A stretch of DNA of 64,000 nucleotides, from contig CAVYQE010000011.1 of NCBI GenBank assembly GCA_963770565.1, forward strand, positions 704,001-768,000. Reading direction: 5' to 3'. Made by a program: the position numbers and the translations under genes. This document shows positions 50,047-59,332 of the stretch, one piece after another. Each line of letters starts with the position of its first letter. The first letter of the stretch is position 1. Source of the stretch: an uncultured Actinomycetota bacterium (GTDB lineage Bacteria > Actinomycetota > Actinomycetes > JAFAQI01). The notes under the pieces are model-generated. The model was not told where the DNA came from. It was given only the letters and a program-made list of their open reading frames with translations, and ran no database searches.

Positions 50047-50817
50047 TCACGGCACAGTCGCCGCGGCGGTTGAGCGCGACAGGGTCGTGCCGTTCACGGC
50101 GCCAAGGGCAGCGAGCGTCTCGCGCCGAAGCTGACGGACCTGTCGCTCGGTGAGCCGGTCGCAGACCCAGTCCCAGTGCAGCGAGACCCAGTCCCCGACG
50201 GCGGGGTCGGCGGCGAGATGCCGGCCCGCTGCGGCGATCCGCACGACCTCGTCGCGTGGGTGGCCCAGGCGCAGCGCGGCGCCATCCCACCCCAGCGGTC
50301 GGCTCGTGACGACGGCCTCGTCGCCGTCGACGCGGAGCAGCCGCCCCCACCGGATCCTGCAGCCCTCGAGGACGGTCAAGGGCTGGTCGACCACGCCGGC
50401 CCGGATCAGCCCGAGCCAGGGGTAGACCCCGAAGACGTGGAAGTTGTGGTGTGGCCGGGCGCCGGCCAGCACACCGGCGAGCAGGTCGTCCCAGGCCCGG
50501 CCGACCCGTGCGCGGAAGCGCTCCTCGAAGGAGTCCCCGAGCGCGCCCAGTGTGACCTGGTCGAGCAGGCGGCCGCCCACCCAGTAGGCCTCGACCACAC
50601 CGGGTGCGAGCGGATCCGCTGTGGCGTTGCAGTGCGCGATCAACTCGAGGTACGGCCAGGCGCCCTCGAAGCCACGCGCGGCCTCGCTGAGCGCGCCGTC
50701 GACAACCCGGGCGGCGACCTGGTCGAGCAGCGCATCGGGGTCGTCCGGGCCGCAGTAGCCGAGCGAGTTCGGCGGGTACGCGTACCGCGCGAACATCAGG
50801 GCGCCGCCGTCGGTCAT
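50047..50817 (-). CDS. DUF6390 family protein (hydrogenase-operon associated)
   Basis: FARYAYPPN.LGYCGP, AWPYLELIA, VVEAYWVG, PHHNFHVF, HWDWVC. Confidence 0.75.
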   Translation of the reverse strand: MTDGGALMFARYAYPPNSLGYCGPDDPDALLDQVAARVVDGALSEAARGFEGAWPYLELIAHCNATADPLAPGVVEAYWVGGRLLDQVTLGALGDSFEERFRARVGRAWDDLLAGVLAGARPHHNFHVFGVYPWLGLIRAGVVDQPLTVLEGCRIRWGRLLRVDGDEAVVTSRPLGWDGAALRLGHPRDEVVRIAAAGRHLAADPAVGDWVSLHWDWVCDRLTERQVRQLRRETLAALGAVNGTTLSRSTAAATVP

Positions 50818-50824
50818 GGCTGCC

Positions 50825-51784
50825 TCACGCGGGCACGGTATGCCGGTCGCGGGTGATGGCAGACCCCACCACCATCGCCGCCCCTAGGGCAACGACGCCG
50901 AGCCCGATGGCCTGAGGGGCGAGCGGCTGGTGCTGCCAGAGCGTGTTCAGCAGCGCTGTGATGAGCGCCCCACCGACCAGCACGGCCGTGACGTCCACCG
51001 CCTGCGCCCGGGCGAGCGCGGCGAACCAGGTCGCGACGTACATGCCGAGGATCACACCGGTGGCCAGGACCCAGCCCCACTGCCGGGCATCCAGCGTGAG
51101 GAGCTGGTGCAGGTTGCCGCGCAGCGCGACCCAACCGATGAGCAACGCGGAGCCGAGGACCATCCGGGTGAGTGCCACCGTCCACGACGAGAGGTCGGCG
51201 AGCAGCCGCTTGGCGACGACGACCTCGACCGACCAGATCAGCGTCGCGGCGAGGATCATCACCTCGCCTTGGCCGAACGGCATCCTCAGCGTGCCGGTGA
51301 TGCTGTCCTTGATCGCACCGATGCTCTCGCCCGTCATGGCCTGGCCGAGCAGCAGCAGCACGATTGCGCCGGCCTGAAGCGACCCCAGCCGTTCCTTCAG
51401 GATCGGTAGGGCGAGCAGCGCGACCCAGACCACGAGCGTCTTCTGCAGGAAGGCGGCGTGCACCGAGGACGAGCGGGACAGGCCCTCGAAGAACAACACG
51501 AACGCCACGCACCCGCCGAGGCTCCCGACCACGGCCAGGCCCAGCCAGTGGAAGCGGGTGCTGGGTCGCTGGAGCACCGGCGCAGAGCCGGACCGCGACA
51601 GCGCGGCCACGAGCGCGATCAGGACCACGGCGCTGACCGCGTTCTTCGCGGTCGTGTAGACGGTGGCGTCGCCGACGGCCTTGACGCCGTACCCGTTGAC
51701 AAAGATGGCCACGCCGCTGATCACGGCCGCCCCTCCCGCCAGCAGCAGGCCGGCCCGCGGGCGGCCCTCCCCGAGCAGGTTCAT
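50825..51784 (-). CDS. EamA/DMT family transporter
   Basis: About 10 TM in two repeats; LFFEGL, LKERLG. Confidence 0.85.
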   Translation of the reverse strand: MNLLGEGRPRAGLLLAGGAAVISGVAIFVNGYGVKAVGDATVYTTAKNAVSAVVLIALVAALSRSGSAPVLQRPSTRFHWLGLAVVGSLGGCVAFVLFFEGLSRSSSVHAAFLQKTLVVWVALLALPILKERLGSLQAGAIVLLLLGQAMTGESIGAIKDSITGTLRMPFGQGEVMILAATLIWSVEVVVAKRLLADLSSWTVALTRMVLGSALLIGWVALRGNLHQLLTLDARQWGWVLATGVILGMYVATWFAALARAQAVDVTAVLVGGALITALLNTLWQHQPLAPQAIGLGVVALGAAMVVGSAITRDRHTVPA

Positions 51785-52002
51785 CGTTCGTCCTCCAGCT
51801 CCGCCCAGACCGCGTTGGTCGCGGTGGCTTCAGACTCGTCCATCCGCCGTACGACGAGGCCCGCGTGCACGAGCACCCAGTCGCCGACGGTCACCGGCTC
51901 GCCGGCAGCAAGCAGCAGCACGGTGCGCTCCCGTCCGCGCTCGTCGACGACGGCACTGGCGTCGTCGATCCGCAGAACTCGGCAAGGCGCGGTCGTGCAC
52001 AT
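51781..52002 (-). CDS. hypC: Hydrogenase maturation chaperone HypC
   Basis: MC...P.RV...VGDWVLVHAG...MDESEA. Confidence 0.88.
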   Translation of the reverse strand: MCTTAPCRVLRIDDASAVVDERGRERTVLLLAAGEPVTVGDWVLVHAGLVVRRMDESEATATNAVWAELEDER

Positions 52003-52454
52003 CAGGGCACTCCCGCTGCGCGCAGAACCTCGGCGGCCGCCCGGTCGACGGCATGGGCGACGGCCTCGGTGAGGTCGGCGCCGGTCGTCACGTCGGCGAG
52101 CTCGACGCCGACCACCACCAGCCGTTCCGGCAGCCGGCCGAGGGCGCGGGCCAGCTCTACTGCCTCGGGGACCCCTAACCCGTGGGTCCCTGCGGTGGGC
52201 CGCCGAGCCGGCCACCGGGCCTCGTCGACGACGCTGACCGTCACGGCACCCGCCTCCGCGCCGGATCGGACTGCGTCCACGACAACGACGCTGTGGTACC
52301 GGTCGAACACGTCGAGCAGCTCCAGCGGGGTGGCGACCGGCACGACCGTGACTCCCGCCGCGCCGAGCTCGCGGACCCGGTCGGCGACGACCGTGCCGAT
52401 CGCATCGTCGCCACGGTCTCCCGCGCCGACGCCGACGACGGCGCACCCGCTCAT
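52002..52454 (-). CDS. Hydrogenase maturation endopeptidase
   Basis: VVGVG...RGDDAIG, VVVDAV, THGLG. Confidence 0.88.
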   Translation of the reverse strand: MSGCAVVGVGAGDRGDDAIGTVVADRVRELGAAGVTVVPVATPLELLDVFDRYHSVVVVDAVRSGAEAGAVTVSVVDEARWPARRPTAGTHGLGVPEAVELARALGRLPERLVVVGVELADVTTGADLTEAVAHAVDRAAAEVLRAAGVP

Positions 52455-53761
52455 GACCGCTCCACGGTCAGGTCGAGGAAGTGCGTGGCGCAGGAGATGC
52501 ACGGGTCGTAGTTGCGGATCGCCTGCTCGCAGTCGTGGGTGAGCTGGTGGTCGTCCAGATGCAACCGGTCCTGCACGAACCGCAGCAGGTCGGCCTCGAT
52601 GCTGCGCTGGTTCTGCGAGGTCGGAGGCACGATCCGCGCGTCCAGCACCGTTCCCTCGGCGTCGAGCTCGTAGCGGTGGTAGCACACGCCGCGTGGTGCC
52701 TCGGTGACTCCGTGGCCGACGCCGGCTCGGGGCGGCACGGGTACGGCGGGAACGGCAGCTCCGTGCCAGCCCTGCACGATCCGAAGCGCCTCCTCGCAGG
52801 CGTAGACGATCTCGACCGCGCGCACCACGATCGAGCGGAACGGATTGCGGCACACCGGGCCGAGGCCCGCGTCTGCCGCTGCTGCCTTCGCCACCGGGCC
52901 GAGCCGATCGGCGTTCAGCGCGTAACGCGCAAGCGGCCCCACGACGTAGGCGTCGACGCCGCGCAGCCGCGCGTGCAGGGCGTTGGAGCGCGCGACGTGC
53001 TCCTCCGTGATGTAGTCCTCGAACTCGGCGGCGGTGAAGCTCAGCCCACCGGTGGACACGAGCGACCCTGACTCGAGCGGGTATTCGTCGTCGTACCCGC
53101 TGCGCAGCGAGACGTACTCGTACGGCTGCTCGAAGTCGGGGAAGTCGAAGCCTGAGACCAGCTTCACGGTGGCGACCGCGTCGGCGAGCGCGTCGGTCAG
53201 CACGGAGAGCAGCACGGAGAGCTCGTCGCGCGACGGCGTGCGGTAGAAGCCGCCGACCCGGACGTTCACCGGGTGGATGGAGCGGCCTCCCACGACGGAC
53301 ATGATGGTGTTGCCGGCCTTCTTCAGCCGCAGCCCCTGTTCCACCACGTCGCGGTGGTCACGGGCGAGGTCGATCGCGCTCTCGTAGCCCAGGAAGTCCG
53401 GTGCGTGCAACAGGTAGACGTGCAACGCATGGCTCTCGATCCACTCACCGCAGTAGAGCAGCCGCCTGAGCAGCCGGATCTCCTCCGACACAGCCACCCC
53501 GCACGCCGCCTCCAGCGCCTGGCACGCGCTCATCTGGTAGGCGACCGGGCAGATCCCGCAGATCCGCGCGGTGATATCCGGCGGCTCGAGGTAGGACCGG
53601 CCGCGCAGCAGCGCCTCGAAGAAGCGCGGCGGCTCGTAGATCGCGAGCTCGACGTCGGTGACAGTGCCGGCCCGGACCTGGACACGCATCGAGCCCTCGC
53701 CCTCGACCCGGGCGAGCGTGTCGACGGTCAGGATGCGGTCACCCGTCGACTTGTGCGTCAT
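52451..53761 (-). CDS. hyhL: Group 3b [NiFe]-hydrogenase large (alpha) subunit
   Basis: ARVEGEG, L1 [23 protein letters not shown]2 [12 protein letters not shown] plus a cleavable tail. Confidence 0.95.
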   Translation of the reverse strand: MTHKSTGDRILTVDTLARVEGEGSMRVQVRAGTVTDVELAIYEPPRFFEALLRGRSYLEPPDITARICGICPVAYQMSACQALEAACGVAVSEEIRLLRRLLYCGEWIESHALHVYLLHAPDFLGYESAIDLARDHRDVVEQGLRLKKAGNTIMSVVGGRSIHPVNVRVGGFYRTPSRDELSVLLSVLTDALADAVATVKLVSGFDFPDFEQPYEYVSLRSGYDDEYPLESGSLVSTGGLSFTAAEFEDYITEEHVARSNALHARLRGVDAYVVGPLARYALNADRLGPVAKAAAADAGLGPVCRNPFRSIVVRAVEIVYACEEALRIVQGWHGAAVPAVPVPPRAGVGHGVTEAPRGVCYHRYELDAEGTVLDARIVPPTSQNQRSIEADLLRFVQDRLHLDDHQLTHDCEQAIRNYDPCISCATHFLDLTVERS

Positions 53762-54521
53762 GGCTCCTGCTCTCGGCCTCGAAGACAGGGTCGGCTGCGT
53801 GGAAGGTGCGGAACACCCGCTGCAGCCCCAGCTCGTCCACCCCGATGAGGGTCAGCGATCTGCCCAGGGAGGAGGCGTTCGGGTTTTCCTTGGGCCCGAA
53901 GCACCCGTAGCACCCGCGGTCGTACGACGGGCAAAGCGCTCCGCAGCCGGCGTGCGTCACCGGCCCCAGGCAGGGCGTGCCGTGGGCGACCATCACACAG
54001 ACGTTGCCCCTCGCTTTGCACTCGACGCAGACGCTGTGGTCCGGGATCCGCGGCGCCCGGTCCTGCACGGCGGCAGTGAGAACCTCCAGCAGCTGCGCCT
54101 TGTTGATCGGGCAGCCCTGCAGCTCGAAGTCGACGGTGACGTGCGCCGCGATCGGGGTGGAGGTCTCGAGGGTGCTGATGTAGTCCGGGCGCGCGTAGAC
54201 GATCGAGGTGAACTCACGGACGTCCGCGAAGTTGCGCAGCGCCTGGACGCCGCCGCTGGTCGCGCAAGCCCCGATCGTTACGAGCTTCTTCGACTGCGTC
54301 CGGACCCGTTGGATGCGCTCAGCGTCGGCCGCGGTGGTGATCGACCCCTCAACGAGCGAGACGTCGTACGGACCGGCGACGACGCCGCGGGTCGCTTCCG
54401 GGAAGTACGCGATCTCGACCTCACCGGCCACGGCGAGCAGGTCGTCCTCGCAGTTGAGCAGCGTCAGCTGGCAGCCGTCACACGAGGCAAACTTCCAGAC
54501 CGCGAGCTTCGGGCGGGCCAT
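53739..54521 (-). CDS. hyhS: Group 3b hydrogenase small (delta) subunit
   Basis: [45 protein letters not shown]...CYGC. Confidence 0.93.
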   Translation of the reverse strand: MARPKLAVWKFASCDGCQLTLLNCEDDLLAVAGEVEIAYFPEATRGVVAGPYDVSLVEGSITTAADAERIQRVRTQSKKLVTIGACATSGGVQALRNFADVREFTSIVYARPDYISTLETSTPIAAHVTVDFELQGCPINKAQLLEVLTAAVQDRAPRIPDHSVCVECKARGNVCVMVAHGTPCLGPVTHAGCGALCPSYDRGCYGCFGPKENPNASSLGRSLTLIGVDELGLQRVFRTFHAADPVFEAESRSHDAQVDG

Positions 54522-55381
54522 CACAGCCCCCTGGTCGCGATGAGGGGAGCGAGCACGTCGTACCCGAAGACCGGGCCGTCGGTGCAGACGAAGTGCTCGC
54601 GGAGCTGGCAGTGGCCGCACAGGCCGACGCCGCACTTCATGTTGCGCTCCATGGACAACCGGACGCTCGGGGCTGCGACGCCGAGCCGGAGGACGGCGTC
54701 GGCGACCAGGCGCATCATCACCTCGGGTCCGCAGACGACGGCGTGCGCGCGGGCCGGGTCGATGCCGGCCCCGGCGAGCAGCCCGGTGACCAGGCCCACC
54801 CGCCCGCGCCAGCCGGACGGGGCGGCATCGACGGTGACGAGCACGTCGAGGTCGAGCCGAGACCGCCACTCCTGCAGCTCGTCGACGAACAGGAGCTGGT
54901 CCGGGGTGCGGCAGCCGACGAGCAGCACTACCCGCGCGTACCGGTCGCGCTCGGCCAGCACTTCGAGCACCGCCGGCCGCAACGGTGCCAGCCCGATGCC
55001 GCCGGCGACGATGAGCAGGTCGCCACCGACGGCGCGCTCGACCTCCCAGCCGATGCCGAACGGGCCGCGCACGAGTAGGACATCACCGGGCTCGGCCCGG
55101 GTGAGGGCGCGTGAGGCGTCGCCGACCGAGCGGACGGTGTGCTGCAGCAGCTCGGGCTGGCGCGGGTCGCCGCTGATGGAGATCGGCACCTCGCCTCTCC
55201 CGGGGACACCGATCATCGTGAACTGGCCGGGACCAAAGGTCAGCGGGTCGTCGTACCGGGGTTCGAGCCAGAGCGTGGCGGTGTCCGCGGTGTCCTGGCG
55301 CTTCGTGCGCACCACGAACGGACGCGGCGTCAGCGCATCGCCCGATGGGGGAACAGTGAGAGCCTCAGTCGCCGACGGCAC
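54521..55381 (-). CDS. hyhG: Group 3b hydrogenase gamma subunit (FAD/NAD(P)-binding, 2Fe-2S)
   Basis: [48 protein letters not shown]...C.DGPVF. Confidence 0.93.
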   Translation of the reverse strand: MPSATEALTVPPSGDALTPRPFVVRTKRQDTADTATLWLEPRYDDPLTFGPGQFTMIGVPGRGEVPISISGDPRQPELLQHTVRSVGDASRALTRAEPGDVLLVRGPFGIGWEVERAVGGDLLIVAGGIGLAPLRPAVLEVLAERDRYARVVLLVGCRTPDQLLFVDELQEWRSRLDLDVLVTVDAAPSGWRGRVGLVTGLLAGAGIDPARAHAVVCGPEVMMRLVADAVLRLGVAAPSVRLSMERNMKCGVGLCGHCQLREHFVCTDGPVFGYDVLAPLIATRGL

Positions 55382-55844
55382 GCGGCGTCCCGTACAGGTC
55401 GAGCAGGCGGACCCGGGTCGCCTGCAGCCGGTCGTACATCACGTGCGTCACGCGCGTGAGCAGCTGGAAGCCGAGGTTCGGGTCCGCCTCGCATTTGCCG
55501 CGCAGGCAGGCTCCGTCGAGGGCGATGACACTGGTCTCCTCGACCGCTTTCCCGTCGCCGAACCACTGGTACGGCGCGACCAGCCAGCTCCACCCGACCA
55601 CCTCGCCGGCGTCCGCGGTCTCGACCACGAGGGGCGTTCGGCCCGGGGCAACCAGCTCGATCGCGACCCGGCCGCTGCGGATGACGAAGAACTGGTCGGC
55701 CGGTGTCCCGCCGCGGAACAGCGCCTCGCCGGCGGAGTAGTGGGCGTTCTTGGCGCAGCCGACGATCAGTTCGAGGACATCGTCGTCGAGCCCGGCGAAG
55801 AACGGGTGCTCAGAGAGCAGCTGGCCAATGCCTCGCACGCTCAT
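55365..55844 (-). CDS. Stand-alone cyclic-nucleotide-binding domain protein
   Basis: HPFFAGL, LFRGG.PAD.FFVI.SG.V, GEVVGWSWL; no HTH. Confidence 0.85.
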   Translation of the reverse strand: MSVRGIGQLLSEHPFFAGLDDDVLELIVGCAKNAHYSAGEALFRGGTPADQFFVIRSGRVAIELVAPGRTPLVVETADAGEVVGWSWLVAPYQWFGDGKAVEETSVIALDGACLRGKCEADPNLGFQLLTRVTHVMYDRLQATRVRLLDLYGTPRAVGD

Positions 55845-56953
55845 GGCGTACCTCCGGGTTCCCTGAGTGCCTGCAGCTCCTCGAGCACGTCGATGCCCGC
55901 GGGGCACCAGGTGACGCACCGCCCGCAGCCGACGCAGCCGCTCGAGCCGAACTGGTCGATCCACGAGCCGAACTTGTGCGTGAGCCACTGTCGGTAGCGC
56001 TCGCGGGTCCCGTCGTGTACGGCGCCGCCGTGCAGGTAGGAGTGCCCTGCCGTGAAGCAGGAGTCCCAGACGGTGCTGCGCTCAGTCGTTCCGAGCAGGT
56101 CGGTGCTGTCGTCGACGGTGACGCAGAAGCAGGTGGGGCACACGAGGGTGCAGTTGGTGCAGGACAGGCAGCGGGATGCGACGTCGTCCCACCGCGAGTG
56201 GTCGGCGTTGTCGTAGAGCAGGTTCCGGATGCCGTCGGTGTTGAGCACCCGGGGTGCCATGACGGCGACCGATCCGGCCACGACTTCGGCGGCGGCGGCG
56301 GTGTCGGCGGTCGTCGCCGCGCGGCTCGGGAGCTGCGCCAGCACGTCCTCGCCGTCGGGGCTGCCGGCGGTGAAGACGAACCGGTGTCCCGCGTCGTCGA
56401 GCAGCTCGGTCATCGCGAGGTCGTACCCGCGCGTCGGCGACGGCCCGGTGCCCATCGAGGTGCAGAAGCAGGTGCCGCCCGGGTGCGAGCAGGTGATCGC
56501 CACGATGAACGCCGTACGGCGCCGGGCGGCGTAGTGCTGGTCGACGACCTGCCGGTCGAGCAGCACCCGGTCGTGGATGCCGATGGCCGCGAGGTCGCAG
56601 GAACGCACCCCCAGGAATGCATAGGAGGTCTGCTCCGGCTCGACCGCGGTGACCGTCCCGTCCGACGTGACGCTGTGAAGCGGCTGTCGGGACGGCATCA
56701 GGAACGGCTTCCAGGACTGGGCGGCCGCGGCGAAGGCGAACAGCCGGGCGTCGCCGTCCTGCGTCAGCCGGTAGCGACCGGGCGCCTGGGCGTCGTGGGC
56801 GCCGCTCGGCAGGTCGGCCACCGAGGAGATCGGGGCGTGGATGACGGCGCCGTCGCGGACGGTGGGGCCGATGACCGTGTGGCCGCGCTCCACCAGGACG
56901 TCGAGGAGTCGCTGAAGGCCCGCGACATCGACCGCAACCGACTCGTCGCCCAT
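55841..56953 (-). CDS. hyhB: Group 3b hydrogenase beta subunit (4Fe-4S dicluster)
   Basis: GVRSCD, TCFCTSM, CLSCTNCTLVCPTCFC, WDSCF, GCVGCGRCVTWCPAGID. Confidence 0.93.
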   Translation of the reverse strand: MGDESVAVDVAGLQRLLDVLVERGHTVIGPTVRDGAVIHAPISSVADLPSGAHDAQAPGRYRLTQDGDARLFAFAAAAQSWKPFLMPSRQPLHSVTSDGTVTAVEPEQTSYAFLGVRSCDLAAIGIHDRVLLDRQVVDQHYAARRRTAFIVAITCSHPGGTCFCTSMGTGPSPTRGYDLAMTELLDDAGHRFVFTAGSPDGEDVLAQLPSRAATTADTAAAAEVVAGSVAVMAPRVLNTDGIRNLLYDNADHSRWDDVASRCLSCTNCTLVCPTCFCVTVDDSTDLLGTTERSTVWDSCFTAGHSYLHGGAVHDGTRERYRQWLTHKFGSWIDQFGSSGCVGCGRCVTWCPAGIDVLEELQALREPGGTP

Positions 56954-56988
56954 AACACCACCCTGACGCACGCGCAATTTGCAAAGCA

Positions 56989-57022
56989 GAGTCGAAAGCC
57001 CCTAGACGTCGACTTCGGACTC
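56989..57022. promoter_or_regulatory. Tandem DosR/DevR-like boxes upstream of the hydrogenase operon
   Basis: GAGTCGAAAGCCCC (56989-57002, centred 42.5 bp upstream of ATG 56953) and a weaker TCGACTTCGGACTC 20 bp further upstream; -10-like CAGGGT-N6-ATG. Confidence 0.6.
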
Positions 57023-57108
57023 GTCTCCGCCACGCCGTCACTGGACAGAGTAGGACCGGCGGGCCGGCTCGGGGTGAGGGGCCTGCATCTGGCTGTGTCG
57101 GTGCGGCC

Positions 57109-59178
57109 TTACGGCAGACCGTTGAGGGCTCCGGTGCGGAGGATCGTCTGCCAGATCTGGTTGCGGAGATGGATCAGGATCTGCGTGGTGTAGTGGTTGA
57201 CGTTCCGCCAGACCGGGATGCCGTCGATCATCGCCGTACATGTCGGTCCGCTCGGGCACACGTCTCGGTTGATGTCGAAGGTGAAGACCTTCCCGGGGTT
57301 CGCGGCCGCCGCCGCGGCGTAGTAGCTGTCGCTGACCGGCCCGCTCCGGGGGAAGGGTACGGCGCACTGGCGGACGTATACCGACCGGGAAAGGCACTCC
57401 AACGGGTCGAAGCTGCTCGTGATGATGCCGTCGAGTATCAGGGCGCGTGCCCCGGTGCTGGTGATGCGCGCGAGCGTCTCATCGGTGGTGTCCTTGATCA
57501 GCTGGTGCAGTGTCTCGTTCGACCCGCCGGTGCGGAACAGGCTGTGTCCGTAGATCGCGGTGTCGTCGCGGGCATAGGTCGCGAGGATGACCAGGTCCGG
57601 GTGCAGCTCGGGCAGCACTTGCCGATACCAGATGTCGCGGCTCGCGGTGCACTGGGCCTGCTCCTGTGGCGTCATGATCAGGTTGGTCAGTTGTGCCTGC
57701 CAGGGGCATGACGACATCGTGTTGATCGACAAGGTGAATCCGTGCTCGCGGGCCAGCCGGATCAGCATCGGCGCGATCATCCGGGCGTGACTGTCACCGA
57801 TCAGCACGATGCTTGGCGAGCCGCCGGCGACCACGGTGCATTGCTGCGGTGCGCTCGCGTTGCAGGTGCGTTCAGGTCCGTTGTGGTTCGCGATCTGCTG
57901 CCAGTTCAGGTGGCTCGGGACCTTGGCGCGGTACGCCGGTTGGCGGCGTTGCGCGGGCGTCACCGGTGGCTCGTAGTGGGCGGGTTGCGAGACCGCGGTG
58001 GTCACGGTTGGCCGGCGGTCACTGCCGAGCACAGGCGGCACGAAGGCGAAGGCCACGACACCGCACAGCGAGACTCCCGCGGCAACCGTCGGCCAGCGGA
58101 ACCGGTCGAGGATCGCGGAGCGGCGTACCGGATTCTCCAGGATCAGCCCGGACAGTGCCGCGAGGGCTGTGGCGATCACGACCGCGATGCCGGCGAGCTC
58201 GAGCGGCGTGACGGCGTACAGCGTCGTCACGGCGATGATGACCGGCCAGTGCCAGAGGTAGGTCGCATAGGAGATCCGGCCGAGGTAAACGGGTTCGCGG
58301 CGTGCCAGTAGGGCGCCGAGCCGGCCGCCATCGCCGACGTTCAGGCCACCGATCAACAGCGTGCTCGCGGCCACGGCCGCAATCCCGCGCCCGGAGACGC
58401 TGAGGGTCACGAGCCCGCTGCCGAGCAACAGGATGCCGGCCATCCCGGCGACGGCGGCGGCTTCCGCTGTGCGCGAGCCGCGCTGCGTCAGGCGTGACCG
58501 TTGAGCCCGTAGCGCCAGCGCCAGGAGTGCGCCGGCAAGCAGCTGGTAGGCCCTCGTGTCCGTGCCGTAGTAGGCGTGGTTCGGGTCGAGCCGCGCCCAG
58601 TAGACCTGTGCTGCCAGTGAAAGACAGAACAGGGCGGCCAGGCCCACGGCCGGTGCCCATTTGAGCCGACGACCGATGCGCGTGAGGAGCAGGAGCAGGA
58701 GCGGGAACGCGATGTAGAACTGCTCTTCGATGCCCAGTGACCAGAAGTGCAGGAACGGGCTCTTGGCGAACCCAGTCGCGAAGTAGTTGTTGCTCTCGCT
58801 CAGGAACCGCCAGTTCGCGAAGTACAGCAATGCGCTCTGCGCGTCGCGCACCAGAGGCAGCCGCTGGACGATGCTTGCGATCAGAAGGAACACGACCGAG
58901 GTGACGATGATCACGACCACGGCGGGAAGCAGGAGCCGGCGCGCCCGGCGGGCGTAGAAGCGCCCGAAGCGGATCCGGCCGGAGTCGTCGATGTCGCTGA
59001 GCAGGACGTTCGTGATGAGGAAGCCGGACAGCACGAAGAACAGGTCCACGCCGATGAACCCGCCGCGGGCGACCGCCAGGCCACTGTGGAACAGCACGAC
59101 CAGATAGACCGCGACCGTCCTGAGCCCGTCGAGCGCAGGCCGGTAGCGCCACGAGCCGGTCAGGGCGCGATCGGTCAC
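57109..59178 (-). CDS. Acyltransferase-3 + SGNH fusion (OatA-like O-acetyltransferase)
   Basis: YRPALDGLR, GGFIGVDLFFVLSGFLIT, HFWSLGIEEQFY, ISYATYLWHWP; SGNH IGDSHA; C-terminal NVNHYT where DxxH is expected. Confidence 0.9.
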   Translation of the reverse strand: MTDRALTGSWRYRPALDGLRTVAVYLVVLFHSGLAVARGGFIGVDLFFVLSGFLITNVLLSDIDDSGRIRFGRFYARRARRLLLPAVVVIIVTSVVFLLIASIVQRLPLVRDAQSALLYFANWRFLSESNNYFATGFAKSPFLHFWSLGIEEQFYIAFPLLLLLLTRIGRRLKWAPAVGLAALFCLSLAAQVYWARLDPNHAYYGTDTRAYQLLAGALLALALRAQRSRLTQRGSRTAEAAAVAGMAGILLLGSGLVTLSVSGRGIAAVAASTLLIGGLNVGDGGRLGALLARREPVYLGRISYATYLWHWPVIIAVTTLYAVTPLELAGIAVVIATALAALSGLILENPVRRSAILDRFRWPTVAAGVSLCGVVAFAFVPPVLGSDRRPTVTTAVSQPAHYEPPVTPAQRRQPAYRAKVPSHLNWQQIANHNGPERTCNASAPQQCTVVAGGSPSIVLIGDSHARMIAPMLIRLAREHGFTLSINTMSSCPWQAQLTNLIMTPQEQAQCTASRDIWYRQVLPELHPDLVILATYARDDTAIYGHSLFRTGGSNETLHQLIKDTTDETLARITSTGARALILDGIITSSFDPLECLSRSVYVRQCAVPFPRSGPVSDSYYAAAAAANPGKVFTFDINRDVCPSGPTCTAMIDGIPVWRNVNHYTTQILIHLRNQIWQTILRTGALNGLP

Positions 59179-59332
59179 TCATCTGACTCTATGACTACAT
59201 CATGTAGTACGGGATCGGTCCCGGCTCTGGATCCTAGGTCCGTGGCGCGCCTTCGCAGAGTGACAAGCTCGCCCGTGAGTTGTGGGTCGGAGGCGGATAC
59301 CCGCGTTCCGACGTCATCAGGTGTCGGCGCCG

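Noticed and set aside
59210-59223. Palindrome CGGGATCGGTCCCG as a DosR box
   Set aside because: The core is 12 bp instead of 14, so the half-site spacing is wrong.
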